A DNA stretch of 40,486 bases from the IMG/VR virus record IMGVR_UViG_2526164661_000012; one strand, written 5' to 3'. Positions 19,075-27,818 of the stretch are shown piece after piece (the first letter of the stretch is position 1; each line of letters begins with the position of its first letter). The position numbers and the translations under genes are program-made. Below the pieces are notes generated by a model. It did not search any database. It had not been told where the DNA came from and worked only from the letters and a program-made list of their open reading frames with translations. Source of the DNA: a virus (lineage: Duplodnaviria > Heunggongvirae > Uroviricota > Caudoviricetes).

Positions 19075-19277
19075 TGAAAGTGCGTGCGCATCAGTATGAC
19101 ACGGTGGACGCGCTTTGCTGGCGTCATTACGGGCGCACGCAGGGTGTCACGGAGCAGGTACTGAAGGCAAATCCGGGGCTTGCCGAATATGGCCCCTTTT
19201 TACCTCACGGGCTGCAGGTGGAGCTGCCGGACATTCCGACCACCACCACCGTGCAGACCGTCCAGCTATGGGACTGA
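19074..19277 (+). CDS. X: Tail protein gpX-like
   Basis: 67 aa (MKVRAHQYDTVDALCWRHYGRTQGV...), matching size and recalled sequence of P2 X. Confidence 0.8.
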   Translation: MKVRAHQYDTVDALCWRHYGRTQGVTEQVLKANPGLAEYGPFLPHGLQVELPDIPTTTTVQTVQLWD

Positions 19278-19280
19278 ATT

Positions 19281-19496
19281 ATGACGCTTGAGCGAATCAG
19301 CGCCTTTATCACGTACTGCATCGCCGTTGTGCTGGCCTGGCTGGGCGATTTGTCCATCAAGGATGCCTCAACGCTGGGCGGCCTGATGATTGGTGTGCTG
19401 ATGCTGGCTATCAACTGGTACTACAAACACAAAGCCTACCAGCTTTTGCGCGACGGGCAGATCTCGCGGGAGGACTATGAATCCATCAATCGTTAA
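19281..19496 (+). CDS. Putative holin (two transmembrane segments, pinholin-like size)
   Basis: 71 aa with two hydrophobic helices (ISAFITYCIAVVLAWLG; LGGLMIGVLMLAINWYY), immediately upstream of endolysin. Confidence 0.6.
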   Translation: MTLERISAFITYCIAVVLAWLGDLSIKDASTLGGLMIGVLMLAINWYYKHKAYQLLRDGQISREDYESINR

Positions 19497-19992
19497 ACGC
19501 TGCCTTGTCGGGGCCGTGCTGGCTATTGCTGCCACGCTGCCGGGTTTTCAGCAGCTTCACACCTCCGTGGAAGGGCTGAAACTGATTGCCGATTACGAAG
19601 GTTGTCGTCTGCAGCCGTATCAGTGCAGCGCGGGTGTCTGGACCGACGGCATTGGTAATACATCGGGCGTCATCCCGGGCAAAACCATTACGGAACGACA
19701 GGCAGCGGAAGGGCTGATCTCCAACATGCTGCGTGTGGAGCGGGCGCTGGAAAGGTGTGTGAAGCAACAGCCGCCGCAGAAGGTGTATGACGCGGTGGTG
19801 TCGTTTGCCTTCAACGTGGGAACGGGCAATGCCTGCAGTTCCACGCTGGTGAAATTGCTCAATCAGCGGCGCTGGGCGGATGCGTGCCGACAGTTGCCGC
19901 GCTGGGTTTATGTGAAAGGTGTTTTTAATCAGGGGCTGGATAACCGCCGTGCGCGGGAGATGGCCTGGTGCCTTAAAGGAGCTGGACTATGA
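19477..19992 (+). CDS. Endolysin, T4-lysozyme-like with N-terminal signal-anchor-release-like segment
   Basis: 171 aa; Ala/Gly-rich weakly hydrophobic N-terminus (CLVGAVLAIAATLPGF) followed by E...D...T catalytic region (DYEGCRLQPYQCSAGVWTDGIGNT), resembling phage 21 R endolysin. Confidence 0.85.
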   Translation: MNPSIVKRCLVGAVLAIAATLPGFQQLHTSVEGLKLIADYEGCRLQPYQCSAGVWTDGIGNTSGVIPGKTITERQAAEGLISNMLRVERALERCVKQQPPQKVYDAVVSFAFNVGTGNACSSTLVKLLNQRRWADACRQLPRWVYVKGVFNQGLDNRRAREMAWCLKGAGL

Positions 19993-20417
19993 CGCGTGCG
20001 CTGGCAGTAGTGGTGGCGCTGGCACTCGTTGCGCTGGGCTGGCAGTCGTGGCGGCTTAACAGCGCCAGCCACACCATCGAAACGCAGCACGCGGCGCTGA
20101 AAAGTAAAGCGCAGGAACTGACGAAGAAAAACAGCCAGCTTATCAGCCTGTCCATTCTGACTGAAACCAATAACCGGGAGCAGGCGCGGCTCTATGCCGA
20201 AGCAGAACAGACCAGCGCACTGCTGAGACAACGACAACACCGGATCGAGGAACTGAAACGTGAGAACGAGGATTTACGCCGCTGGGCTGATACTCCTTTG
20301 CCTGCTGACATTATCCGGCTGCGGGAACGTCCGGCACTCACCGGAGGTACAGCTTACCGTCAGTGGTTGTCCGCGAGTGACGCCGTGTCGGCTGGATCAG
20401 GCAACGCCGCGCACTAA
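19989..20417 (+). CDS. Inner-membrane spanin (LysB/Rz-like)
   Basis: 142 aa, N-terminal transmembrane helix then coiled-coil-like region; ATGA overlap with endolysin stop. Confidence 0.7.
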   Translation: MTRALAVVVALALVALGWQSWRLNSASHTIETQHAALKSKAQELTKKNSQLISLSILTETNNREQARLYAEAEQTSALLRQRQHRIEELKRENEDLRRWADTPLPADIIRLRERPALTGGTAYRQWLSASDAVSAGSGNAAH

Positions 20418-20550
20418 CGGTGATCTGAACGCGTTGCTGGATGAAACGGAGGCCGCCTGGGCGGTCTGTGCAGACAAAGTGGACATGATTATTGCGTGTC
20501 AGGAGCGAAACAGTGAACAAACCACAATCCCTGCGCCACGTCCTCAATAA
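20260..20550 (+). CDS. Outer-membrane lipoprotein spanin (LysC/Rz1-like)
   Basis: 96 aa with lipobox LTLSGC; starts inside LysB in another frame. Confidence 0.7.
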   Translation: MRTRIYAAGLILLCLLTLSGCGNVRHSPEVQLTVSGCPRVTPCRLDQATPRTNGDLNALLDETEAAWAVCADKVDMIIACQERNSEQTTIPAPRPQ

Positions 20551-20944
20551 AGCGGTGCCTTATGTCCGCAATAACCCGGACAAACTGCATCTGTTTGTGG
20601 ATAACGGTTCGCTGGTTGCCACGGGGGCCAGTTCCATGTCGTGGGAGTACCGTTACACCCTGAACGCGGTGATTGAGGATTTCAGCGGCGACCAGAATCT
20701 GCTGATGGCCCCGGTTTTGCTGTGGCTGCGGGATAACCAGCCCGATGCCATCAATAACCCGGCGTTACGGGAAAAACTATTTACCTTTGAGGTGGATATT
20801 CTGCGCAACGATGTCTGTGATATCAGCCTTAACCTGCAACTGACGGAACGTGTGCTGGTCAGCACTGACGGCAGTGTGTCGAGCGTTGAAGCTGTAGCAG
20901 AACCCGATGAACCTGAAGAAATGTGGACGGTGAAACGTGGCTGA
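20513..20944 (+). CDS. R: Tail completion protein gpR-like
   Basis: Track ORF from TTG at 20492; preferred GTG at 20513 preceded by AGGAGC; resembles P2 R by recall. Confidence 0.75.
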   Translation: MNKPQSLRHVLNKAVPYVRNNPDKLHLFVDNGSLVATGASSMSWEYRYTLNAVIEDFSGDQNLLMAPVLLWLRDNQPDAINNPALREKLFTFEVDILRNDVCDISLNLQLTERVLVSTDGSVSSVEAVAEPDEPEEMWTVKRG

Positions 20945-21383
20945 ACTGCAGAAGGTGGACGACTGGCTTAGTGCCTTACTGGCGAATCTGGAACCAGTCG
21001 CAAGAAGCCGCATGATGCGCCAGCTGGCGCAGGAACTGCGCCGGACACAGCAGCAGAATATCAGGATGCAGCGCAATCCAGATGGCAGCAGTTATGAACC
21101 GCGCAAGGTCACGGCGCGCAGTAAAAAAGGCCGCATCAAACGTCAGATGTTTGCAAAGCTGCGCACCACCAAATACCTGAAAACCGCCGCCAGCGCCGAC
21201 TCTGCCAGCGTACAGTTTGAAAGTAAGGTGCAGCGCATTGCCCGCGTTCACCATTATGGCCTGCGCGATCGCGTCAGCCGCAAAGGACCGGAAGTGCGTT
21301 ACGCAGAGCGTCGTTTGTTGGGTCTTAATGGTGAGTCTTACGTTCTAACTCTTGATATATTGAATAGATTCCTTCTGTCTTGA
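20937..21383 (+). CDS. S: Tail completion protein gpS-like
   Basis: 148 aa, GTG start overlapping R stop; MAELQKVDDWL... resembles P2 S by recall. Confidence 0.75.
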   Translation: MAELQKVDDWLSALLANLEPVARSRMMRQLAQELRRTQQQNIRMQRNPDGSSYEPRKVTARSKKGRIKRQMFAKLRTTKYLKTAASADSASVQFESKVQRIARVHHYGLRDRVSRKGPEVRYAERRLLGLNGESYVLTLDILNRFLLS

Positions 21384-21843
21384 ATTCACCATATGCCCAA
21401 TGAATTGCATTTTTTTGTTCAGTCAGAATATATTTCCTAACTTTTTTAGAATAGTGAATGGTCAGTATAAAACCCAAAGAAATCCATAATAGAATAAATA
21501 TGGTTGTTGGGGCAAAGGAATAGATAAAGAATTTGTCTTTAACGAAATTCTTGACTTCTTCATCAATGTAAGCATTCCCTTCATCAGTGGTTAGTAGTTT
21601 ACAAAGAATTTCTTTATGCTCGATAGTTAATGATTTGTACTTCTCTGTACTGGCAGAGGATGACTCTTCGCAATCATCCTTTGATATTTCCCAATCAGGA
21701 GTGGTTAATATTGTAGCTGCAGTCGCCAGTTTTTTTGACATATAAAATGATTCACCGGATTTTATCCAATAAAGCAATGTGCTATTTGGTGGGGTTCTAA
21801 TGGCTTGGATGAAAACTGGACCAAAAATATAAATTGCACACAA
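21325..21843 (-). CDS. Hypothetical membrane protein in AT-rich insert between S and V
   Basis: 172-aa ORF (true start may be the internal Met MSKKLATAAT...); one strong hydrophobic helix (FFIYSFAPTTIFILLWISLGFILTI); opposite strand to the late operon. Confidence 0.4.
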   Translation of the reverse strand: MCAIYIFGPVFIQAIRTPPNSTLLYWIKSGESFYMSKKLATAATILTTPDWEISKDDCEESSSASTEKYKSLTIEHKEILCKLLTTDEGNAYIDEEVKNFVKDKFFIYSFAPTTIFILLWISLGFILTIHYSKKVRKYILTEQKNAIHWAYGEFKTEGIYSIYQELERKTHH

Positions 21844-21905
21844 AAAAAGAAGTGAAAAGAGAACCGTGATTGATTTTTCAGCCCATGTGATAGTAGGCAG
21901 CCTTT

Positions 21906-22130
21906 TTAATGATATTCGTATAAGAAAAAATTTAATATAAACGCAGGTATTCCTGATTTTTTCAAAATTACATCATGAGATTTTCTATATTTGAATAGTG
22001 CTCTTATAACTATCGTCACCAAAGTTATAACAGCTCCAATAATGGAAATCCATGCGGCAAGTGCCGCTGCCGGGGTGTTTAAAAATTCAGCATTAAATAT
22101 ATTAGAACTTATTGGATTCATAACACTCAT
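21906..22130 (-). CDS. Hypothetical small membrane protein in AT-rich insert
   Basis: 74-aa ORF with one transmembrane helix (AAALAAWISIIGAVITLVTIVIRALF); same orientation as 21325..21843. Confidence 0.35.
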   Translation of the reverse strand: MSVMNPISSNIFNAEFLNTPAAALAAWISIIGAVITLVTIVIRALFKYRKSHDVILKKSGIPAFILNFFLYEYH

Positions 22131-22169
22131 TTATCCACCTATTGGTTGTTTTTTATCCTTTTATCAATT

Positions 22170-22187
22170 TGTACCATCGATACCACA
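22170..22187. promoter_or_regulatory. TGT-N12-ACA dyad upstream of V (possible Ogr site)
   Basis: TGTACCATCGATACCACA centred about 55 bp upstream of the V start codon, which is closer than expected for a promoter with a normal leader. Confidence 0.3.
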
Positions 22188-22233
22188 ATTTGCAAGAAGT
22201 TATAAACAAGTTTTCAGCTGTCATCATATATCT

Positions 22234-22812
22234 ATGAACGCACAACTAACCGAAATCATGCGCCTTATCACCAATCTGATCCGCATAGGTGTAGTCACCG
22301 AAGTGGACCGGGAAAACTGGCTTTGTCGGGTGAAAACGGGCGACCTTGAAACCAACTGGATTAACTGGCTGACGCTGCGCGCGGGTAATGCCCGCACATG
22401 GTGGCGACCATCGGAAGGTGAGCAGGTGGTACTGCTGAGTCTGGGCGGCAATCTGGAAACAGCCTTTGCTTTGCCCGCCATCTATTCTAATCAGTTTGCA
22501 CCGCCGTCGCAGTCGGTGGACGCCTGTGTGACAGAACATCCTGATGGTGGCTGGTTTGAATACGAACCCACTACCGGGCGCTGGTATGTCAGGGGCATCA
22601 AATCCATGGTCATTGAGGCTGCCGACAACATCACCCTGAAAACCAGTGAGTTTGTGCTGGAGGCTGACCGCACGCGTATTAACAGCGAAGTAGTGATCAA
22701 TGGTGGCGTTACCCAGGGCGGCGGTGCAATGAGTTCTAACGGAATTGTGGTTGATGCACATCAGCATACTGGCGTCCTGAAAGGCGGCGACACAACCGGA
22801 GGCCCGGTATGA
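22234..22812 (+). CDS. V: Baseplate spike/assembly protein gpV-like
   Basis: Internal Met of track ORF (MNAQLTEIMRLITNLIRIGVVTEVD...); similarity to P2 V by recall. Confidence 0.8.
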   Translation: MNAQLTEIMRLITNLIRIGVVTEVDRENWLCRVKTGDLETNWINWLTLRAGNARTWWRPSEGEQVVLLSLGGNLETAFALPAIYSNQFAPPSQSVDACVTEHPDGGWFEYEPTTGRWYVRGIKSMVIEAADNITLKTSEFVLEADRTRINSEVVINGGVTQGGGAMSSNGIVVDAHQHTGVLKGGDTTGGPV

Positions 22813-23168
22813 CGCTTTATAGCGGGATGAACAATACCAGCGGCAAAGTCATTACTGATATTGACCATCTGCGCCAGTCGGTGCGGGACATTCTGCTGAC
22901 GCCGCAGGGTAGCCGCATTGCCCGTCGGGAATATGGTTCCCTGCTGTCGGCACTGATAGATCAGCCACAAAATCCGGCGTTACGCCTGCAGGTCATGTCG
23001 GCAGTGTATGTGGCGCTGAGTCGCTGGGAGCCACGGCTGACGCTGGATTCCATCACCATCAACAGCCATTTTGACGGTTCAATGGTGGTGGAGCTGAGCG
23101 GGCGGCGTAATAACGGTGTGCCTGTTTCCCTTTCCGTATCAACAGGAGCAGAGAATGGCAGTGATTGA
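22809..23168 (+). CDS. W: Baseplate wedge protein gpW-like
   Basis: 119 aa following V. Confidence 0.85.
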   Translation: MTLYSGMNNTSGKVITDIDHLRQSVRDILLTPQGSRIARREYGSLLSALIDQPQNPALRLQVMSAVYVALSRWEPRLTLDSITINSHFDGSMVVELSGRRNNGVPVSLSVSTGAENGSD

Positions 23169-24063
23169 CCTTTCGCAGTTGCCTGCGCCGCAGATTGTGG
23201 ATGTGCCGGACTTTGAGACGCTGCTTGCCGAACGCAAGGCCGAATTTGTGGCGCTTCATCCGAAAGATGAGCAGGAAGCAGTGATCCGCACGCTGGAACT
23301 GGAATCTGAACCCGTTACCAAATTGTTGCAGGAGAACGCTTATCGTGAGTTGCTTCTGCGCCAGCGCATTAACGAAGCCGCGCAGGCGGTGATGGTGGCT
23401 TACGCGATGGGCGGCGATCTTGACCAGCTCGCTGCTAACTACAACGTGAAACGCCTGACGGTGACACCTGCTGATGATGACGCTGTACCGCCCGTTGCGG
23501 CTGTGATGGAAAGTGATGAAGCGTTACGCCTGCGTGTGCCTGCAGCCTTTGAAGGGCTTTCTGTTGCGGGGCCAACTGCCGCTTATGAGTTTCATGCACG
23601 AAGCGCCGACGGTCGGGTGGCGGATGCCAGTGCAACCAGTCCGGCACCTGCAGAGGTGGTACTGACTGTCCTTAGCCGCGAAGGCGACGGAACAGCAGAA
23701 AAAGACTTGCTGGATGTGGTGGAGAACGCCCTGAACAGTGAGAACGTCCGCCCGGTGGCTGACCGTCTGACGGTTCGCAGCGCAGAAATCATCCCGTACC
23801 GCGTGGAAGCCACCATTTTTCTTTATCCGGGACCGGAAGCAGAGCCGGTAATGGCAGCGGCAAAAGCCAGCCTGCAGAAGTACATCGCCAGTCAGACGCG
23901 GCTTGGTCGGGATATTCGCCGTAGTGCCATTTTTGCCGCGCTGCATGTTGAGGGGGTTCAACGTGTGGAGCTGACTTCACCGCTGGCTGATGTGGTCCTG
24001 AACAAAACACAGGCCGCCTCATGTACGCAGTGGAGCGTAACCAACGGAGGAACGGATGAATAG
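23155..24063 (+). CDS. J: Baseplate protein gpJ-like
   Basis: 302 aa from internal Met (MAVIDLSQLPAPQ...), same length as recalled for P2 J. Confidence 0.85.
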   Translation: MAVIDLSQLPAPQIVDVPDFETLLAERKAEFVALHPKDEQEAVIRTLELESEPVTKLLQENAYRELLLRQRINEAAQAVMVAYAMGGDLDQLAANYNVKRLTVTPADDDAVPPVAAVMESDEALRLRVPAAFEGLSVAGPTAAYEFHARSADGRVADASATSPAPAEVVLTVLSREGDGTAEKDLLDVVENALNSENVRPVADRLTVRSAEIIPYRVEATIFLYPGPEAEPVMAAAKASLQKYIASQTRLGRDIRRSAIFAALHVEGVQRVELTSPLADVVLNKTQAASCTQWSVTNGGTDE

Positions 24064-24661
24064 TCTGCTGCCACCAGGTTCAACGCTACTGGAGCGCCGA
24101 CTGGCGCAGACCTGTAGCGGGATTTCTGATCTGCAGGTGCCGCTGCGTGACTTGTGGAATCCGGCAACCTGTCCGGTCAGTTTCCTGCCTTATCTCGCTT
24201 GGGCGTTCTCTGTGGATCGCTGGGACGAGGGCTGGACTGAAAGCGTCAAACGTCAGGTGGTGAAGGATGCTTTTTATATTCATCAGAATAAAGGAACCAC
24301 CAGTGCCGTGCGGCGGGTGGTGGAACCGTTCGGATTCCTGATCCGCATTATTGAGTGGTGGCAGACCGGCGAAACACCGGGCACGTTTCGCCTGGATATC
24401 GGCGTGCAGGATCAGGGCATCACTGAAGATACCTATCTGGAACTTGAGCGACTGATAAGCGATGCCAAACCATGTAGCCGTCACATGATCGGCATGTCCA
24501 TCAATCTGCAGACCAGCGGCCCGCATTGGGTGGGAGCCGCCAGCTATCTTGGCGAAGAAATCACGATCTATCCGTATATCAACGAAACAATTATTTCCGG
24601 CGGCACCGCGCATGAAGGCGGGGCGGTCCATGTTATTGACACAATGAGAGTGAATCCATGA
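24056..24661 (+). CDS. I: Baseplate protein gpI-like
   Basis: 201 aa following J. Confidence 0.85.
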   Translation: MNSLLPPGSTLLERRLAQTCSGISDLQVPLRDLWNPATCPVSFLPYLAWAFSVDRWDEGWTESVKRQVVKDAFYIHQNKGTTSAVRRVVEPFGFLIRIIEWWQTGETPGTFRLDIGVQDQGITEDTYLELERLISDAKPCSRHMIGMSINLQTSGPHWVGAASYLGEEITIYPYINETIISGGTAHEGGAVHVIDTMRVNP

Positions 24662-26049
24662 GCACAAAATTTTATACCCTGCTGACGGATATTGGCGCGG
24701 CGAAACTTGCCAGCGCCGCCGCGCTCGGTGTGCCTTTAAAAATTACCCATATGGCGGTCGGCGATGGCGGCGGAACATTACCAACGCCGGACGCAAAGCA
24801 GACAGCACTGGTAAATGAGAAACGCCGGGCTGCGCTGAATATGCTCTATATCGACCCGCAGAACAGCAGCCAGATTATTGCTGAACAGGTGATCCCTGAA
24901 AACGAGGGCGGTTGGTGGATACGTGAAGTGGGCTTGTTTGATGAGTCCGGGGCATTGATTGCCGTGGGTAACTGCCCGGAAAGCTATAAGCCGCAACTGG
25001 CTGAAGGCAGTGGGCGTACCCAGACCGTGCGCATGGTGCTGATTACCAGCAGTACGGGCAATATCATCCTGAAAATCGACCCTGCTGTAGTGCTGGCAAC
25101 CCGCAAGTATGTGGATGACAAGGCACTGGAGCTGAAGGTGTACGTGGATGACCTGATAGCAAAACATCTTGCCGCACTGGACCCGCATTCACAGTATGCA
25201 CCCAAAGAAAGTCCGACATTTACCGGAACCCCCAAAGCGCCAACGCCAGCGGCGGGGAATAATACCACTCAGCTTGCGACCACCGCATTTGTTCAGGCGG
25301 CACTGACGGCCCTGATTAATGGTGCGCCAGCCACGCTGGACACGCTGAAAGAAATAGCCGCAGCCATTAACAATGACCCGAAATTCAGTACCACCATTAA
25401 CAATGCGCTGGCACTGAAAGCGCCGCTGTCGAGTCCGGCACTCACCGGAACGCCAACAGCCCCCACGGCGGCGCAGTCGGTCAACAATACACAGATTGCC
25501 ACTACGGCTTTTGTGAAATCGGCGATTGCGGCAATGGTGGGTTCTGCACCTGCGGCACTGGATACACTGAACGAACTGGCGGCGGCACTGGGGAATGATC
25601 CGAACTTTGCCACGACAATGCTTAATGCGCTGGCAGGTAAACAACCGCTGGACAATACGCTGACTAATTTGAGTGGAAAGGATGTAGCTGGTCTTCTCAC
25701 ATACCTTGGTTTGGGAGAAGCCAGATATGTCATTCAGCGAGGAGCTAATGTCAATGGTGCATGGATACGCTGGTCAGATGGTGCAATAGAAGTATTTGGA
25801 ACTGGTGGTTCCAATGATAATGGGCTGGCTAAAGTCGTTTATCCAATTGCACTACCTAAGCTTTCACGTTTTATCAGCATAGCGGAAAGAATAAGAACAG
25901 ATTACGAGGCCACACCTAATAACGTTCACGTTTCAATGATCGTGGATGACCAGGTCAGTAATACAGGTTTTTATGTCCGCTGCCAGATGTACGACGGAAG
26001 ACCATCAACAAGTGCTTTTTCCTGGAGAGTTTATTGTGCGCCTGTTTAA
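24658..26049 (+). CDS. H: Tail fibre protein gpH-like; C-terminal ~110 codons lie inside the invertible segment
   Basis: 463 aa; N-terminus MSTKFYTLLTDIGAAKLA...; repeated ...NTQIATTAFV...LDTL.E.AAA..NDP.F.TT..NALA.K.PL blocks; crossover site within the gene at 25694..25719. Confidence 0.85.
   Translation: MSTKFYTLLTDIGAAKLASAAALGVPLKITHMAVGDGGGTLPTPDAKQTALVNEKRRAALNMLYIDPQNSSQIIAEQVIPENEGGWWIREVGLFDESGALIAVGNCPESYKPQLAEGSGRTQTVRMVLITSSTGNIILKIDPAVVLATRKYVDDKALELKVYVDDLIAKHLAALDPHSQYAPKESPTFTGTPKAPTPAAGNNTTQLATTAFVQAALTALINGAPATLDTLKEIAAAINNDPKFSTTINNALALKAPLSSPALTGTPTAPTAAQSVNNTQIATTAFVKSAIAAMVGSAPAALDTLNELAAALGNDPNFATTMLNALAGKQPLDNTLTNLSGKDVAGLLTYLGLGEARYVIQRGANVNGAWIRWSDGAIEVFGTGGSNDNGLAKVVYPIALPKLSRFISIAERIRTDYEATPNNVHVSMIVDDQVSNTGFYVRCQMYDGRPSTSAFSWRVYCAPV
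25694..25719. repeat. DNA-invertase crossover site (left), TTCTCACATACCTTGGTTTGGGAGAA
   Basis: 26-bp site resembling gix/hix/cix half-site consensus (TTnTCnnAAACC); inverted relative to site at 27148..27173; encodes GLGEA in both fibre frames. Confidence 0.55.
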
Positions 26050-26233
26050 TCCTGTTACTTTGACTGAAGTAATCCCCGGTCTTCATGACGTGACCGGGGC
26101 TGTGGAATTACCAGAAGATAACTGGTTTTTTACTGCATCTGAAATCCCTGAAGGAATGGAAATATCTGTTAACGAGAAGGGCGAACCCATTCTGATTGAG
26201 ATTAAACCATCTCAGGTGGAACTGGCCAGATAA
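26036..26233 (+). CDS. Putative short tail-fibre assembly/chaperone protein for the currently expressed fibre
   Basis: 65 aa from GTG overlapping the H stop; position equals P2 G / Mu U; no sequence similarity established. Confidence 0.4.
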   Translation: MRLFNPVTLTEVIPGLHDVTGAVELPEDNWFFTASEIPEGMEISVNEKGEPILIEIKPSQVELAR

Positions 26234-26468
26234 CCCCCGGCGCGGTGCTGGTATCTGCTTCCATCACCGCGTCGATATTACCAACATCATATTCAGTCAT
26301 TTCCGGTTCCGGTGGTGCTATAAACTCTCCGTCAGAATAGAACCAACCGACGCCTGCATCTATATGATCAACATTTATAATTTCGCAATTAGAGAATAAA
26401 TCACCCTCTCCATCCCAGATAATAATATTTTTCACCACGCCATGTTCAATCAGAGCAAAATTACTCAT
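26202..26468 (-). CDS. Tail-fibre assembly protein-like (alternative, inverted orientation)
   Basis: 88 aa ending ...EADTSTAPGVIWPVPPEMV, resembling the conserved Tfa C-terminus (DTSTAPDIEWP); 3' end overlaps the plus-strand tfa convergently. Confidence 0.5.
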   Translation of the reverse strand: MSNFALIEHGVVKNIIIWDGEGDLFSNCEIINVDHIDAGVGWFYSDGEFIAPPEPEMTEYDVGNIDAVMEADTSTAPGVIWPVPPEMV

Positions 26469-27147
26469 CAGGCATACTCCTCAACAATAACTATTCCCGG
26501 GGCACCGTCACCTCCCGATTGAGCCTCACTTCCAGCAGGTGCGCAGGCTCCGCCTCCGCCAGCACCAAAGCCCTCAGCTTTACCACCACCACGTCCTCTG
26601 AATGATGAAGAACTTGCACCACCTATACCGCCTGAACCTAATGGTGTATCCCCCCCGGTACCACCTGCTACAGCTTTAACAGAGATAACCATTGCTCCTG
26701 GTGTTTTTGCACTACAGCGAAATGCTCTTAGTACAGTGCCGGACGATGTCGGACTGGCACCCCATGAAATACCCTGAATATATGATGTGTTTGCAGATGC
26801 TCCCCCCGCGCCACCGCCTGTACCACCAGGTGCAGTTATCATGGAACCGAAATAAGTTGTGCCACCTTCACTACCTGAATTTCTTCCGGCTCCCCCCCTT
26901 TACCTGCAGCACCGATAATAACGTTGACTTCGAAATCATTATCAACCTCGAAAAATGCTTCAATAAATGCGCCGCTCAATCCAGCTCCGGCTGTTGCCTG
27001 CTGATTTTCTGTTGTTTCAGGAACCCCACCGCCGCCGCCGCCACCACCAGAGGCAATGACCCTTATCTTTTTTGTCCCTGGTGTTGGGATATATTTTCCA
27101 GAACTTTTAAAAATATTCGTGTTTAACAAACGACCAGAGAATCTGGC
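26468..27147 (-). pseudogene. Alternative tail-fibre C-terminal cassette (Gly-rich), split by a frameshift in a G7 run
   Basis: Track ORFs 26839..27201 and 26468..26842 are consecutive in different frames; frame at crossover site encodes GLGEA as in H; one extra G in the run (plus-strand C7 at 26892..26898) joins them. Confidence 0.5.
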
Positions 27148-27173
27148 TTCTCCCAAACCAACGTTTATGAAAA
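27148..27173. repeat. DNA-invertase crossover site (right), TTCTCCCAAACCAACGTTTATGAAAA
   Basis: Near-perfect inverted copy of the 25694..25719 site, about 55 bp upstream of the invertase start. Confidence 0.55.
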
Positions 27174-27228
27174 TGCAGAGATAACGGCTAACTGGCATCA
27201 TCCCCGGTTTTTATTCAGGGGATTGATC

Positions 27229-27792
27229 ATGCTTATTGGCTATGTACGCGTGTCAACAAATGACCAGAACACTGATTTGCAACGTAATGCACTGAACTGC
27301 GCGGGATGTGAGCGGATTTTTGAGGACAAAATCAGTGGCACTAAGTCCAACAGACCGGGGCTGAAAAAACTGCTCAGGACACTATCGGCAGGAGACACGC
27401 TGGTTGTCTGGAAGCTGGACAGGTTGGGGCGCAGTATGCGGCATCTTGTTACGTTGATAGAAGAGTTGCGCCAGCGAGGTGTGAATTTCCGAAGCCTGAC
27501 TGACAGTATTGATACCAGTACCCCAATGGGCCGTTTCTTTTTTCATGTCATGGGTGCCCTGGCTGAAATGGAACGCGAACTGATAGTTGAACGTACCAGG
27601 GCGGGGCTTGCTGCAGCTCGCGCCAAAGGCAGAGTAGGTGGACGCCGTCCTAAGTTGACTACCGAACAGTGGGCACAGATTGGACGCTTACTCGAGGCCG
27701 GAGAATCAAGACAGCGTATTGCACTGATTTTTGATGTGGGTGTTTCCACAATTTATAGAAAATTTCCGGCAAATAAGAGTAATGAATCGTAA
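27229..27792 (+). CDS. Serine DNA invertase, Hin/Gin/Pin/Cin family
   Basis: MLIGYVRVSTNDQNTDLQRN...VVWKLDRLGRSMRHL...FFHVMGALAEMERELI..., very close to recalled e14 Pin; track ORF starts at TTG 27223, ATG at 27229 preferred. Confidence 0.9.
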   Translation: MLIGYVRVSTNDQNTDLQRNALNCAGCERIFEDKISGTKSNRPGLKKLLRTLSAGDTLVVWKLDRLGRSMRHLVTLIEELRQRGVNFRSLTDSIDTSTPMGRFFFHVMGALAEMERELIVERTRAGLAAARAKGRVGGRRPKLTTEQWAQIGRLLEAGESRQRIALIFDVGVSTIYRKFPANKSNES

Positions 27793-27818
27793 GCGTCAAC
27801 GGAGCACCGTATTGACGC

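Noticed and set aside
19989-20550. Apparent internal frameshifts in LysB and LysC when translated directly from the printed sequence lines around 20220 and 20460
   Set aside because: The supplied ORF track shows both genes intact with coordinates consistent on either side; I attribute the discrepancy to my base-by-base reading at line boundaries and made no pseudogene call. It also means my motif coordinates may carry an error of 1-2 bases.
26468-27201. Gly-rich ORFs that might be taken for collagen-like or repeat surface proteins
   Set aside because: Context (between the two invertase crossover sites, in frame with the H constant region, adjacent to Tfa-like genes) identifies them as an alternative tail-fibre C-terminus.
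27229-27500. Recombinational enhancer (Fis-binding sis element) inside the 5' part of the invertase gene
   Set aside because: Expected from Hin/Gin biology but I could not identify the Fis sites confidently by eye.
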